From contig OZ024741.1 of assembly GCA_964016885.1 (NCBI GenBank), positions 342,736,001 through 342,800,000 of the forward strand: a DNA stretch of 64,000 nt. The letters are read 5' to 3'. The notes beneath the pieces are model-generated. The model was not told where the DNA came from, searched no databases, and was given only the letters and a program-made list of their open reading frames with translations. The translations under genes were made by a program, and so were the position numbers. Below are positions 62,945 through 64,000 of this stretch, in pieces. Origin of the DNA: Eledone cirrhosa. Taxonomy: Eukaryota. Within the stretch, counting starts at the first letter, position 1. Each line of letters starts with the position of its first letter.

Positions 62945-63040
<96 letters not shown>

Positions 63041-63397
63041 GCACACACATATATTTATATATATGTATATATATATATCTACATATGTATGTATATATAT
63101 ATGTATATATATGTATATATATATATAATAAATGAAGAATTAGAAATAGAAGCCAGGAATATTCGTCATCAGTTGTCTACTAGCCATCATAGGTATTTCT
63201 TCGCATTACAGACCATATACCTCAAGCTAGGGCGATACAATAACTAAATTAAGTTATTGGGATAAAAAGAGTTGGGTGGAGAAAGAGAGACAGGTAAATA
63301 AACACGAATGGTGAGGCATAATTCTTCATTTATTATATATATCCCTTTTGCAACAACACAGCTCGCCTTTTTTCATTCATATATGCTTTCCCCATTA

Positions 63398-63803
63398 AAT
63401 GTAATCTGAGTTTTTCGAATATTAATAATTGTTTCTACTTTAGGCACAAGGCCAGCAATTACCCAGTGCATTACAGTGCATTAATAATATCATTCGATTC
63501 GTTTGCAATTACGCAAACAAGCCTCAATTTTATAGCCATGTCAGTAGAATGAACACATTCTTCCTCTTGTTTGGCAGGTGAACAGAACTGCAGACACTAA
63601 TGTTTCTGGGTATCACCCTTCATCAGTACAGCTCACTGTTCACCTGCCAAACTGTCAGAAACATTAATGTCTGCAGTTCTGTTCACATGCTAATACAAGA
63701 GCAAGAATGAAGGGTTCATTCTACTGACATGGCTATAAAATTGAGGCTTGTTTGCGTAATTGCATACGAATCGAATGTTATTATTAATATTCGAAAAACT
63801 CAG

Positions 63804-63807
<4 letters not shown>
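63398..63807. mobile_element. Family D inverted pair; intact HHR at 63588-63631 (minus); S1 fragment nested at 63427-63472
   Basis: Reverse complement reads ctgta-CTGATGA-agggt gat accca-GAAA-cattagt-GTC-tgcag. Right arm starts at CAGAAAC (63656). Confidence 0.85.
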
Positions 63808-63839
<32 letters not shown>

Positions 63840-64000
63840 AACCGCCCGTCCCCTCAATCTATCTTATTTCTCATTCTTTCTTCTGATAAAGGAAACGTTA
63901 AGACCCTCTTCCTGCTATATCAAGCGTTATTTTAATATATACCTTCCATATACCTTCCATATCCCTTCCACTGTATCGATAGGGTTGTTATTTCTGTTAA

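Overview
AT-rich, microsatellite-saturated animal DNA with no recognisable host gene. The SINE families and repeat landscape suggest a cephalopod (Octopus-like) genome, which is an inference. Nearly all ORFs in the supplied track are (TA)n/(CA)n artefacts. The real coding remnants are retrotransposon fragments: four Penelope-like elements (PLEs) with RT-thumb / CxC linker / GIY-YIG order (Hydra-clade-like), Neptune- and Penelope/Poseidon-like GIY-YIG tails, and CR1-, RTE-, Tx1- and RLE-type LINE ends. Two tRNA-derived SINE families, several MITEs and a 73-bp satellite are also present. Reading both strands by eye, I find roughly 35 minimal type I hammerhead ribozyme (HHR) motifs, some intact and some degenerate or partial. 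They belong to well over a dozen distinct non-coding units, and almost all lie in or next to (TA)n tracts. They occur as (i) inverted pairs whose breakpoints often fall in or at the ribozyme and whose short arm ends at a family-specific internal TA microhomology, and (ii) ORF-less partial tandem units of about 460-590 bp (retrozyme/circRNA-like), including a near-perfect 588-bp tandem with a U3-A8 core variant. A further dispersed family carries a covarying box C/D-type kink-turn instead of a recognisable hammerhead. All coordinates were counted by hand and may be off by a few bases.
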